A stretch of 64,000 bases of DNA, from positions 39,682-103,681 of the forward strand of contig JAJDCB010000023.1 in NCBI GenBank assembly GCA_029261065.1, read 5' to 3'. The translations under genes were made by a program, and so were the position numbers. Below are positions 48,144 through 57,266 of the stretch, piece after piece. This DNA comes from Candidatus Omnitrophota bacterium. Lineage in GTDB: Bacteria > Omnitrophota > Gorgyraeia > Zapsychrales > Zapsychraceae. The notes beneath the pieces were generated by a model. That model ran no database searches. It had not been told where the DNA came from and saw only the letters and a program-made list of their open reading frames with translations. Positions within the stretch are counted from its first letter, which is position 1. Each line of letters starts with the position of its first letter.

Positions 48144-48181
48144 ATCCTATTCCTTAATTATTAAGGAATAGGATTTTTTTT
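48144..48181 (+). terminator. rho-independent terminator
   Basis: CCTATTCCTT-AATTATT-AAGGAATAGG followed by T8. The stem sequence is similar to that of the 38722 terminator. Confidence 0.55.
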
Positions 48182-48204
48182 GATTTTGAATTATAATAAA
48201 GTTC

Positions 48205-48504
48205 ATGAAAGATTCGAATAATAATGAAGCGGGAACGTCAACGCGTTATCAAAAACATTTAAAAAAGAAACTCGAACTTTGGGAAGCTAAGTGCACACGT
48301 TGCGGGGTTTGTTGTGGGATTGTTGAGGGTGATCCTTGTGAGCATTTGGTGGAAGTGGGAAAGGGCGTTTATGGGTGTTCTATCTATGAGAATAGATTTG
48401 GAGAACATAAGACGGTGAGTGGTAAGGTCTTTCGATGTGTGCCGATACGAGATATTTTGCACAAATCCTGGCCAGGTGATCAATGTTGTGGGTATAAGAA
48501 ATAG
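48205..48504 (+). CDS. YkgJ/UPF0153-family CxxCxxCC Fe-S/zinc-chelating domain protein
   Basis: 99 aa; CTRCGVCC motif plus a downstream C...C...CC. Confidence 0.55.
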   Translation: MKDSNNNEAGTSTRYQKHLKKKLELWEAKCTRCGVCCGIVEGDPCEHLVEVGKGVYGCSIYENRFGEHKTVSGKVFRCVPIRDILHKSWPGDQCCGYKK

Positions 48505-48575
48505 GTTTTTTTTGGGTTAAAAATTAAATTTGAAAATGGACTTGTATTGGCTCATAATGGAGCTTCTTGATATTT

Positions 48576-48745
48576 TGTCATTCCCGAGGCATCGGGAATC
48601 AAATGGATTCCGGCTCTTCGGCCGGAATGACATAAGAGTACTTGTCAGAATGACACGAGAGTATTTGTCGGAATGACACAAAAACACCTGTCATTCCCGA
48701 GACATCGGGAATCTATTAGGTTCTGGATCTTCGGCTGAAATGATC
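48576..48745. repeat. Cluster of four or more GC-rich nested palindromic repeat units (TGTCATTCCCGAGGCATCGGGAATC; GGATTCCGGCTCTTCGGCCGGAATGACA; direct repeats ...TTGTCRGAATGACA...; TGTCATTCCCGAGACATCGGGAATCTATTAGG)
   Basis: Read directly in the 260-bp spacer between the YkgJ-like gene and cmoA. Confidence 0.75.
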
Positions 48746-48768
48746 AACATGAGTAGTAAGGAGTAGTA

Positions 48769-49479
48769 ATGGATAATACAGGCGATTCTATATTTGCAGA
48801 TAATGCCAATTGGGATTTTGGGGGAGAGACGCCTCAAAATTTTGATCAACATGTTAATCGTTCTATTCCCTTGTATAGAGAAGGGCATGATCTTGTTTTA
48901 AAAATTTCTGATTTCTTTTTAAAAGATGGTTCCCTGTGTTATGAGCTAGGATGTTCGACAGGACAATTGATTTCCAAATTGGGTCAAAAATATCAAGAGC
49001 GCGATGTTAAGTTTGTGGGGGTTGATCGGGAAGAAGCGATGATTAAAAGAGCTGAAGATAAATGTAGGCCTCTCACAAATGTTGAGCTTGTGACATCAGA
49101 TATCTTAGATATTGCATTTCAATCCGCCGATCTTATTGTCGCTTATTACACCATTCAATTTATCTCCCCAAAAAATCGCCAAATAATTTTTGATCGTATC
49201 TTTAATGCTTTAAATTGGGGAGGAGCATTTCTACTGTTTGAAAAAGTACGAGCCCCAGACGCCCGATTCCAAGATATGACAACCTCACTTTATACAGATT
49301 TTAAACTCGATCAACAATACACCCCTGAAGAAATCATCTCAAAAGCGCGTAGTCTTAAAGGTGTCTTAGAACCTTTCTCAGCTCAAGCCAACTACGATCT
49401 TCTTAAACGCGCTGGATTTGTGGATTATATGACGGTTATGAAATACGTGTGTTTTGAGGGGATTTTAGCGATAAAATAG
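48769..49479 (+). CDS. cmoA: carboxy-S-adenosyl-L-methionine synthase CmoA (tRNA cmo5U34 pathway)
   Basis: 236 aa; AAGGAG RBS. Collinear matches to CmoA as I recall it from E. coli: ELGCSTG, YTIQFISP/(LNFTLQFLEP), LNWGGAFLLFEK/(LNPGGALVLSEK), and C-terminal AGF...F. Confidence 0.8.
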   Translation: MDNTGDSIFADNANWDFGGETPQNFDQHVNRSIPLYREGHDLVLKISDFFLKDGSLCYELGCSTGQLISKLGQKYQERDVKFVGVDREEAMIKRAEDKCRPLTNVELVTSDILDIAFQSADLIVAYYTIQFISPKNRQIIFDRIFNALNWGGAFLLFEKVRAPDARFQDMTTSLYTDFKLDQQYTPEEIISKARSLKGVLEPFSAQANYDLLKRAGFVDYMTVMKYVCFEGILAIK

Positions 49480-49578
49480 TCTTTTTGGAACCCTTGCCTT
49501 TTCTATGAAATGTGGTATTCTTATAATGGTTAAATCACAATGGTTTAACCATTATGGTTTAAAAGTGAGGACATATCA

Positions 49579-50541
49579 TTGAAACCACCTTTTCAAATTA
49601 CAAAAGAAATCCATAATCTCTGTTTAGAGATATCTCGTTTAATAGTCCAATATGAAGGTTTAAGCCTACCAGCTCCTCAACTTGAGTTGAGAAAGCATGC
49701 AAAAATTCTTACGATTCAATCTAGTCTTGCTATTGAGGGCAACACGTTAACGATAAATCAGGTAACGGACATTATTAATAATAAAAAAATTGTTGGCCCT
49801 AAGAAGGATATATTAGAGGTTAAGAATGCTATAAAAGTTTATGATATTCTCAATAAATATGATTCCCAAGATTTAGATTCCCTTCTTGGGGCGCATAAAA
49901 TTCTCATGAGTGGTTTAATCAAAGATGCAGGGAAGCTGAGAAAGAATAATGTGGGTGTTAGAGCGGGGGATACTATTGTTCATATGGCTCCACCTTATAA
50001 GGTTGTCCCTGAGCTAATGAAGAAGCTTTTTCAATTTCTAAAAGTGGAGAAGGATTTAGATCCTCTTATTCGATCAAGTATTTTTCATTATGAATTTGAA
50101 TTTATTCATCCCTTTATGGATGGAAATGGTAGAATCGGTCGCTTGTGGCAATCTGTTATTCTTTATGATCATTCTAAAATTTTTGAGTATATCCCTATAG
50201 AGACCATTATTAAGCGTCGGCAAATGGAATATTATGAAGCCTTGCAAGCATCCACTAAAGAAGGGGCTTCGACGTTGTTTATTAAATTTATGCTTGAGGC
50301 GATTAAAGAAGCAACCGTTCAATTTACAAAAGATATTAAACCAGTACATCAAACAGCTGAAATGAGATTGAAGATGGCTCATGCTCATTTTGGGAATAGA
50401 TTGTTTAATCGAAAAGAATATTTAGCATTACATCATAATATTTCTCCTACAAGTGCAACACGAGATTTGTCTTTTGCAGCTGAGAGAAATATTCTCAAAA
50501 GGGTAGGAAAATTAAGTACAACCAAATACCATTTTTTATAA
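49579..50541 (+). CDS. Fic/DOC family protein (probable AMPylator)
   Basis: Fic motif HPFMDGNGRIGR; TTG start after GTGAGGA. Confidence 0.85.
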   Translation: MKPPFQITKEIHNLCLEISRLIVQYEGLSLPAPQLELRKHAKILTIQSSLAIEGNTLTINQVTDIINNKKIVGPKKDILEVKNAIKVYDILNKYDSQDLDSLLGAHKILMSGLIKDAGKLRKNNVGVRAGDTIVHMAPPYKVVPELMKKLFQFLKVEKDLDPLIRSSIFHYEFEFIHPFMDGNGRIGRLWQSVILYDHSKIFEYIPIETIIKRRQMEYYEALQASTKEGASTLFIKFMLEAIKEATVQFTKDIKPVHQTAEMRLKMAHAHFGNRLFNRKEYLALHHNISPTSATRDLSFAAERNILKRVGKLSTTKYHFL

Positions 50542-50615
50542 GAAAAAATGAATTTTTTTAGACGGTTTATAGTCCTTTACCAAAGATTTCTACTGTTATA
50601 AAATGCGTAATATCT

Positions 50616-53600
50616 ATGAGCACTTCACCAAATACTCAATTCCAATTTCCTGAAGTTCGTGTTGTGGAGGCATCCGCAGGCTCGGGCAAGACCTATGCGT
50701 TGTCCAAGCAATACATCCAGCTTTTATTAAATCCTAAACTATTGTTTGATCATGTTCCGATGCGTAATATCTTGGCGCTTACCTTTACCAACAAAGCCGC
50801 TTTTGAAATGAAAAGGCGTATTATTCAATTTTTAAAGATTATTGCTTTTAAACAGTTAACCAAAGATCAAGAAGAGGATGTTTTAGGATCCATTGGTATT
50901 AATCGTGAAGAGGCTAGTAAAAAAGCCTTTACGATTATGGAGGCGTTGATTAATAATTATAATTTCTTTCAAGTTCAAACCATTGATAAATTTATCAACG
51001 CGCTTCTTTCGGGTTGTGCTTTTAAAATTGGACTCACCGCTAATTTTCGCATCAAAACAAACTCCAAAGACTATTTAGAGTACAGTCTTGATCAACTCAT
51101 TGATCAAGCCTTGCGGGATAAAGACACGCTTAAACTTCTTCAAGAATTTCTGCACCATTATTTATATCTAGAAAATCGTCTTGGTTGGTTTCCTAAGAAG
51201 GATATGTTAGAGATTGTTAAAGCCTTGTTTATGCAAAATAACACGTATGGTCTGATGTTTGAAGAGACGGAATATTCGTCTCAAGATATTATTAAGAAGA
51301 AGAGATTGATTTTAGATGAGATGAGAAACTTAAAGAGTATCATGCCAGAAGGTGCGGATCTAAGGTTTGTGAAAGCTTTTGATAAATTTTTATTGGATCG
51401 TGAAAAGGGTTTTGATATTGATAGTATTTCGGATTATTTTAAAAGAGAAGTCTTTCCAGCTAAGAAGAATGTTGAGGTGTCACGCGCTGTTGAAAAATCT
51501 TGGGATAAGATTCACAAGAGTTTAAAACAGTTATGCGAAGAAGAAGCCTTTTCTTTGTTTAATCCTTATATTCAGATTTATGATCAGGTTAAAGGGATTT
51601 TTTTAGAACGTGCAGCCCGTGATGATGTTTTATTCTTAGAGGAATTAAATAAACGAGCGGGAGCTTTGTTTGATGATGATTATGTGACCGTTGAAGAGCT
51701 GTATTATCGATTGGCCACACGATTTCATCATTATTTGATTGATGAGTTTCAAGATACGAGTGCCCTTCAGTGGCATAATTTAGAGAAGATGGCAGAAGAG
51801 GCTTTATCCACGGGTGGTTCGTTATTTTATGTAGGAGATCGCAAGCAAGCGATTTATGGATTCCGAGGAGGAAATGTCGCGTTATTTGATCAGATAAAGA
51901 TGAGATTTAAAAGTTTTAATGTTCAAATTGCTCAGCTGACGAATAATTGGCGCAGTCAGAAAAGTGTTGTCGAATTTAATAATGCTGTTTTTGGGATGGA
52001 AAACTTAAAACATTTTATTGAACAAAAACAGGCGCGTGAGATAAGTAAGAAGAAAAAAAATCCTGTGGTCTTTTACGATGATGATTTTCTAGAGCTTCAA
52101 AATATCTTTGGGAGTTCTCAGCAATCCCATCAGCCAAAGAATGATAAAGGTTTTGTTTATATCCAAAAAATTGAGGCTGCAAAAAAGGAAGATCGCGACG
52201 AAATTATAAGAGAACATGTGCTTGAGCTTGTTGATGCTTTGCGTAAGCGGTTTTCTTTTTCGGATATTGCTTTTTTAACACGAAGTAATTATGAGGTCGA
52301 GCAGCTTACCAATTGGTTGCTTGAAGAGAAAATTCCAGTCGAGTCAGAGCGAACATCAAATATTAAAGAAAATGTTCTTATCGCTGAGATCGTCTCTTTC
52401 TTAAAGTTTCTTCACTCTCCTATTGATAATATCGCGTTTGCGGATTTTATTTTGGGCGACATTTTCACAAAGGCAACGGGCCTTTCTAAGACAACGATTC
52501 AAGAGTTTGTCTTTTTGTTAAGAGCGCGAACATCAAAGGAACGTGATTTTTATATTTATACAGAATTTCGAAAACAGTTCCCTGAGGTTTGGGATAAGTA
52601 TATTGAAAGTTCTTTTGCGAATGTTGGTCTGTATCCTCTGTATGAATTGGCGATTAGTTTTTATAGTCTCTATGACTGCCTAAATCTTTTTCCTGAGTTT
52701 CAAGGGTACTTAATGCATTTTTTAGAAATCATTAAGAATCAAGAGGAAGAGCATTCTGATATTGAATCTTTTTTAGAATATTATGATGAGCTTATTGGGG
52801 AGGCGTTGTATGTGCATGTGACAGACACCGATGCCATCAAAATTCTTACAGTGCATAAATCTAAAGGGCTTGAGTTCCCCGTCGTCATTATTCCCTTTCT
52901 AGGGATGGATGTTCAAGTCGGTGTTTCTCAAGAACAACAAATGTCTTATATCCTTCAAGAACATGAAAATTCTTTACAGTTATTGAGACTTAAGGGTAAG
53001 TATTTAGGGTTCTCAGAGAAGTTGTATGAGATTTATGCGAAAGAATATAAAAAGGCATTTATATCCGAGTTAAATAATATTTATGTCGCCATGACGCGTG
53101 CCCAACATGAATTGTATGCCTTTATCCCCGAAAAAATTGGTCAGAGTTTTAATTTGGCCCAACTGTTGATTCCAGAAGATGTTTATCAATGTGGTCAACC
53201 TCACATTTATGAAAAGTCCAAAGCTAAGTCAATGGCGGTTAAGAGATTAAGCGCCTCTTCTTATCAAGATTGGATTCATTTTTTGAACGATGAATTTTTA
53301 GATGAGGATCAGATCCATAATAGGCAAAAGAAGCTTGGGGGTGAAGTTGTTCATAGTATGTTGTCTTTTATTGGGAATCTTGCTCACGAAGATAAAGAAT
53401 TGGCCCTGGAACAAGCCTATAGTCATGCTCAAATGAATTTTCCTTTTGTCGATCATTTGGACGCTTATCTAAAAAAAGTGAAACAACTTCTTAACAATAA
53501 ACGTTTTGAGTCCATCTTTTCTGATAAAGATGCGCAAGTGTTTACGGAAAAAGAAATTGTTAACGCGTTTGGGCATAGTAAAAGGATTGATCGGCTGATT

Positions 53601-53810
53601 GTTAAGACAAGTGAGGTTTGGATTGTTGATTATAAATCGTCGCAAGATGAGGGCGGTGATTATGAAAAACAAGTGGGAGAATATATGGCTTTGGTTGATA
53701 AGTTGTATCCTCAGCATGAGATCAAAGGATTTATTGTTTACTTAGATGATTTACATATGCAAGAAGTGAAATCAATCAGCACTGTCATTACTGAGACATC
53801 AGGAATCTAA
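50616..53810 (+). CDS. AddA-like UvrD-family helicase with C-terminal PD-(D/E)xK nuclease
   Basis: 1064 aa. Walker A ASAGSGKTYAL; motif II LIDEFQDTS; motif III YVGDRKQAIYGFRGG; motif IV NWRSQ. C-terminal nuclease IVDYKSS...E.YM. The last 9 codons plus the stop lie in a repeat-family unit. Confidence 0.8.
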   Translation: MSTSPNTQFQFPEVRVVEASAGSGKTYALSKQYIQLLLNPKLLFDHVPMRNILALTFTNKAAFEMKRRIIQFLKIIAFKQLTKDQEEDVLGSIGINREEASKKAFTIMEALINNYNFFQVQTIDKFINALLSGCAFKIGLTANFRIKTNSKDYLEYSLDQLIDQALRDKDTLKLLQEFLHHYLYLENRLGWFPKKDMLEIVKALFMQNNTYGLMFEETEYSSQDIIKKKRLILDEMRNLKSIMPEGADLRFVKAFDKFLLDREKGFDIDSISDYFKREVFPAKKNVEVSRAVEKSWDKIHKSLKQLCEEEAFSLFNPYIQIYDQVKGIFLERAARDDVLFLEELNKRAGALFDDDYVTVEELYYRLATRFHHYLIDEFQDTSALQWHNLEKMAEEALSTGGSLFYVGDRKQAIYGFRGGNVALFDQIKMRFKSFNVQIAQLTNNWRSQKSVVEFNNAVFGMENLKHFIEQKQAREISKKKKNPVVFYDDDFLELQNIFGSSQQSHQPKNDKGFVYIQKIEAAKKEDRDEIIREHVLELVDALRKRFSFSDIAFLTRSNYEVEQLTNWLLEEKIPVESERTSNIKENVLIAEIVSFLKFLHSPIDNIAFADFILGDIFTKATGLSKTTIQEFVFLLRARTSKERDFYIYTEFRKQFPEVWDKYIESSFANVGLYPLYELAISFYSLYDCLNLFPEFQGYLMHFLEIIKNQEEEHSDIESFLEYYDELIGEALYVHVTDTDAIKILTVHKSKGLEFPVVIIPFLGMDVQVGVSQEQQMSYILQEHENSLQLLRLKGKYLGFSEKLYEIYAKEYKKAFISELNNIYVAMTRAQHELYAFIPEKIGQSFNLAQLLIPEDVYQCGQPHIYEKSKAKSMAVKRLSASSYQDWIHFLNDEFLDEDQIHNRQKKLGGEVVHSMLSFIGNLAHEDKELALEQAYSHAQMNFPFVDHLDAYLKKVKQLLNNKRFESIFSDKDAQVFTEKEIVNAFGHSKRIDRLIVKTSEVWIVDYKSSQDEGGDYEKQVGEYMALVDKLYPQHEIKGFIVYLDDLHMQEVKSISTVITETSGI

Positions 53811-53903
53811 TGGATTCCCGATGTCTCGGGAATGACAGGCTCCGGTTTGTCATTCCCGCGAAGGCGGGAATCTAATGGTTTTCCCCCGTCATGGGGGAAT
53901 GAT
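53791..53903. repeat. Three GC-rich palindromic repeat units (CTGTCATTACTGAGACATCAGGAATCTAATGG; GGATTCCCGATGTCTCGGGAATGACA; TGTCATTCCCGCGAAGGCGGGAATCTAATGG; TTCCCCCGTCATGGGGGAA)
   Basis: Read directly; the first unit supplies the C-terminal codons TVITETSGI and the stop of the AddA-like ORF. Confidence 0.75.
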
Positions 53904-53928
53904 AGATATAAAAATTAAATGGTGATAA

Positions 53929-56724
53929 ATGTCTAACATCAAAACTTATAGTTTCTGTGACAGTTATATCGACCGGCTTGTTGATTATATAGAGAAAGAG
54001 TATGTCGCCAAAAACGCTGATTTAAGTCGCTTAGCGATTTGTTTTGGTGGAAAAAGGCCAGCCCTTTTTGTTAAAAGGGAGTTAGCTCGAAGACTAAAAG
54101 TAGATTATTTCCCACCGCGTTTTTTTACCATCGATGAATTAGTACGTACGATCGTTAATCGCAAAGAACCGATGAGCCAAGGCATTGATTTGGATCATTG
54201 TTATTTGATTTATAATCTCGCCAAAGAGCATACCCCTAAAATCCTTTTAGGGCGGGAGACGTTTGCTCAATTTTTACCTTGGACCCGCGAAATATTGGGG
54301 TTTATTGATCAGCTTGATCTTGAAAATATTGATGAGAAAAAGATTTTAAACATTCAAGAGAACGCTGAAATTGGCTATGCCGTTCCTGATGACATTAATC
54401 ATTTATTAGAAAACATCCTCGTGCTTCGAAAAGTTTATCATGAATCTTTATTGAAGAATAAACACATGTCGCGAGGACTACAGTATTTATTGGCTGGAGA
54501 ATACATCAAAGATGTTTCCTTTGATGAATATGATCATTTTTTATTTTGCAATTTTTTCTATTTCAATGCCTCAGAAGAAGCCATTGTCAAAACGCTACAT
54601 CAACGTAATCAAGCGACGTTATTGTTTCAGGGCGATCAACGCAAATGGCCTGTTTTACAGCGTATATCCCAAAGATTTAAAGCTGACATTCTTGAAGGAA
54701 AAGAACCTGAACCGACGAAATTTGATTTAAAACTCTACGCGGGATTTGATGCGCATTCTCAAGTCTCTTTGGTTCGCGAAATACTTAAAACTTGCGAGAC
54801 GCTTGACAACACGGTTGTTGTTCTCCCCAATCCTGATCACATCGTTGTCCTTTTATCAGAAATAACGGCCCTCCTTAAAGAGTTTAATATCTCCATGGGA
54901 TATCCTCTGAAACGAAGCAGCCTTTATACGCTATTTGAATTTATTTTTAAGGCCCAGAGCACGCGAAAAGAAAACCGTTTTTATGCTAAAGATTATTTAA
55001 AGGTGTTACGCCATCCCTTTGTTAAGAATTTAAAGTTATCACCTAACCCTACAATCACACGCATTTTGGTTCATAAGTTAGAGGAGATTCTTACAGGAAA
55101 AGAGCGGGCGTCTATTTCGGGGAGTTTATTTTTAGATTTAGAGGATGTTGTTACTTGTGATGAGCTTTACATGATTACGCTCGAAGTCTTAGATCGTTTG
55201 GGTATTACAACGGATAGAAGAGAGATTCAAACGGTGTTAGAAAAATTGCATGATCTTGTTTTTGAAAGTTGGGGGCGTGTGACAACGTTTAAAAACTTTT
55301 CCGCCGTTCTTGAGCGATTCCTTGATGTTTTGATTCAAAAAAGTTTCTTAAAAAATTATCCTTTAAATATTAATATTGCAACCAAGATGTATGAGATAAA
55401 GGATGAATTTCTTAACGCGTCTTTTAGTGAAGAAGATTTTCCTCAAGAAGATATCTTTAAAATTTTTGATAGCAAGGTCTCACGTGAAATTGTGGCCTTT
55501 ATTGGTTCGCCGCTAAAAGGTCTACAGATGTTAGGGCTTTTTGAAACGCGTTCCCTTAATTTTGAGAATGTCATTATCTTGGATGTCAATGAAGGGGCCT
55601 TACCACGATTAAACATTTATGAACCTCTCATTCCTCGTGAGGTTATGATTAGTTTGAATTTAGATCGTTTAGAATTGGAAGAAGAAATTCAGCGGTATCA
55701 ATTTATGAGACTTATTTCTTCAGCTAAGAATGTGCATCTTGTTTATCAAGAAAGAAAAGATAAAGAACGTTCTCGTTTTATTGAGGAGCTTATTTGGGAA
55801 GATGAAAAGAAGGCCGGCGCGATTCAAGAACCGGAGGTAACGCATGCTAACTTTGAAGTGAAAGTTCAGCCGCAAAAAAAAGTTGTTAAAAAAACACCGC
55901 AAATGATTGAAGCGTTACGTAATCATAAATATTCGGCTTCAAGCATCAACACCTATTTACGAAATCCCATGGATTTTTATCGTAGTTATGTGTTGGGTCT
56001 AAAAGAGCAGGATGATCTGCTTGATGAACCTGATGCGCGCCATGTTGGAACGTTTATGCATGGGTTGTTGGAACATAGTTTTGCGCCATATCTTAAGAAG
56101 AAACCGGTCGTTGATAGTAAGTTTCGTACTCGTGTCACAAAACTCTTTGAACAACGTTTCGATGATACCTTTGGCAAAGCGATGAAGACAGATTCAATCT
56201 TGCTGAAATCTGTCATCGCCGAACGCTTAAATCGTTTTTTAGATAATGAAGAAAAATCCGCTAGTCGCCAGATTGAAGAAATTCTATACTTAGAACATCG
56301 CTTTGAAAACACGATTGCACTATCCTGCGGAGATATTCGTTTTGGTTATATTGTCGATCGTGTTGATAAGTTAAAAGATGGCACGATCATGATCCTCGAT
56401 TATAAAACGGGTAATACTAATCTTATGCCTCGAGCCATAGACCGGATTGCCACAATGGAGATGAGTCGCGAAAACATTCGCAATCACATCAAATCCTTTC
56501 AAATCCCTCTTTATTTTAATTACTTGCACGAACAATTCAAAGATAAGCCCATCAATGCGGCTTTATATAATCTAAGAACATTAGAAGTTAGCCCCTTTCT
56601 TGATAAAAAAATGACTTATTCCAGAGAGTACATTAATGACACATTTCTTAAGTCTTTGGATTATATTCTCAGCGAGATTCTTAATCCCGAGCAGGATTTT
56701 GAAGAAGATGAGGCGTTTCGATAA
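53929..56724 (+). CDS. AddB-like PD-(D/E)xK nuclease subunit
   Basis: 931 aa, immediately downstream of the AddA-like gene. C-terminal RecB-type nuclease motif IMILDYKTGN with downstream acidic residues and a Q.P.Y segment. Confidence 0.7.
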   Translation: MSNIKTYSFCDSYIDRLVDYIEKEYVAKNADLSRLAICFGGKRPALFVKRELARRLKVDYFPPRFFTIDELVRTIVNRKEPMSQGIDLDHCYLIYNLAKEHTPKILLGRETFAQFLPWTREILGFIDQLDLENIDEKKILNIQENAEIGYAVPDDINHLLENILVLRKVYHESLLKNKHMSRGLQYLLAGEYIKDVSFDEYDHFLFCNFFYFNASEEAIVKTLHQRNQATLLFQGDQRKWPVLQRISQRFKADILEGKEPEPTKFDLKLYAGFDAHSQVSLVREILKTCETLDNTVVVLPNPDHIVVLLSEITALLKEFNISMGYPLKRSSLYTLFEFIFKAQSTRKENRFYAKDYLKVLRHPFVKNLKLSPNPTITRILVHKLEEILTGKERASISGSLFLDLEDVVTCDELYMITLEVLDRLGITTDRREIQTVLEKLHDLVFESWGRVTTFKNFSAVLERFLDVLIQKSFLKNYPLNINIATKMYEIKDEFLNASFSEEDFPQEDIFKIFDSKVSREIVAFIGSPLKGLQMLGLFETRSLNFENVIILDVNEGALPRLNIYEPLIPREVMISLNLDRLELEEEIQRYQFMRLISSAKNVHLVYQERKDKERSRFIEELIWEDEKKAGAIQEPEVTHANFEVKVQPQKKVVKKTPQMIEALRNHKYSASSINTYLRNPMDFYRSYVLGLKEQDDLLDEPDARHVGTFMHGLLEHSFAPYLKKKPVVDSKFRTRVTKLFEQRFDDTFGKAMKTDSILLKSVIAERLNRFLDNEEKSASRQIEEILYLEHRFENTIALSCGDIRFGYIVDRVDKLKDGTIMILDYKTGNTNLMPRAIDRIATMEMSRENIRNHIKSFQIPLYFNYLHEQFKDKPINAALYNLRTLEVSPFLDKKMTYSREYINDTFLKSLDYILSEILNPEQDFEEDEAFR

Positions 56725-56782
56725 GGGAAAATAACGGCGTTCGCATTGGATTCAAGCTGAGCTGAGTGGTATACTTACACTA

Positions 56783-57223
56783 ATGAACAGTAATCATCCA
56801 AAAAAGGGATTTAGCCTCACAGAGCTTGTTGTCGTTATGGTTCTTGTTGGGGTTATTGCAGCCATGGCTATTCCAACTTATACAACAATGGTGCAAAAAA
56901 GAAGAGAGCAAGCCGTAAGACTGAAGTTACAGACGATACATGCGGCTAATTTGATTTATAAAGCAAAAAATGATGTTTATTATAATGACAATAGTACTAA
57001 TATTGCAGACGTGAATACGGCGCTTCAAACGAATGTTAATATAGAAAGTTATGAACAACTTGGTTATCAAGTTAATGATCCTGCTTACATTATCGTAATT
57101 TTTATTGCCACCGATGGTAACGGGGTAGGTGTGAGATTACTTGATGCTGTTATGGATGATAATAACCCTTGTTGTATTGTTGGGACAGGTTGGGACTCTT
57201 GTATATCTATGCCAGATTGTTAA
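56783..57223 (+). CDS. type IV pilin (prepilin with class III signal peptide)
   Basis: MNSNHPKKG|FSLTELVVVMVLVGVIAAMAIP: leader, Gly-1, Phe+1, Glu+5 and a hydrophobic helix. The C-terminal Cys-Cys...Cys...Cys region is consistent with a D-region disulfide loop. Confidence 0.75.
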   Translation: MNSNHPKKGFSLTELVVVMVLVGVIAAMAIPTYTTMVQKRREQAVRLKLQTIHAANLIYKAKNDVYYNDNSTNIADVNTALQTNVNIESYEQLGYQVNDPAYIIVIFIATDGNGVGVRLLDAVMDDNNPCCIVGTGWDSCISMPDC

Positions 57224-57266
57224 ATAATTTTTCCCCTGCCATTTTTAATTAATTATCTATTGTTAT

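Noticed and set aside
48576-48745. The GC-rich repeat clusters as a CRISPR array
   Set aside because: The units are palindromic, heterogeneous in sequence, irregularly spaced and without unique spacers of constant length. No cas genes were seen. They are REP/MITE-like.
50616-56724. Helicase-nuclease pair as a novel defence system
   Set aside because: Motif order (Walker A, DEFQDT, GD.KQAIY.FRG, NWRSQ, C-terminal DYK nuclease) and the partner with a C-terminal ILDYKTG nuclease match canonical AddAB/RexAB recombination enzymes.
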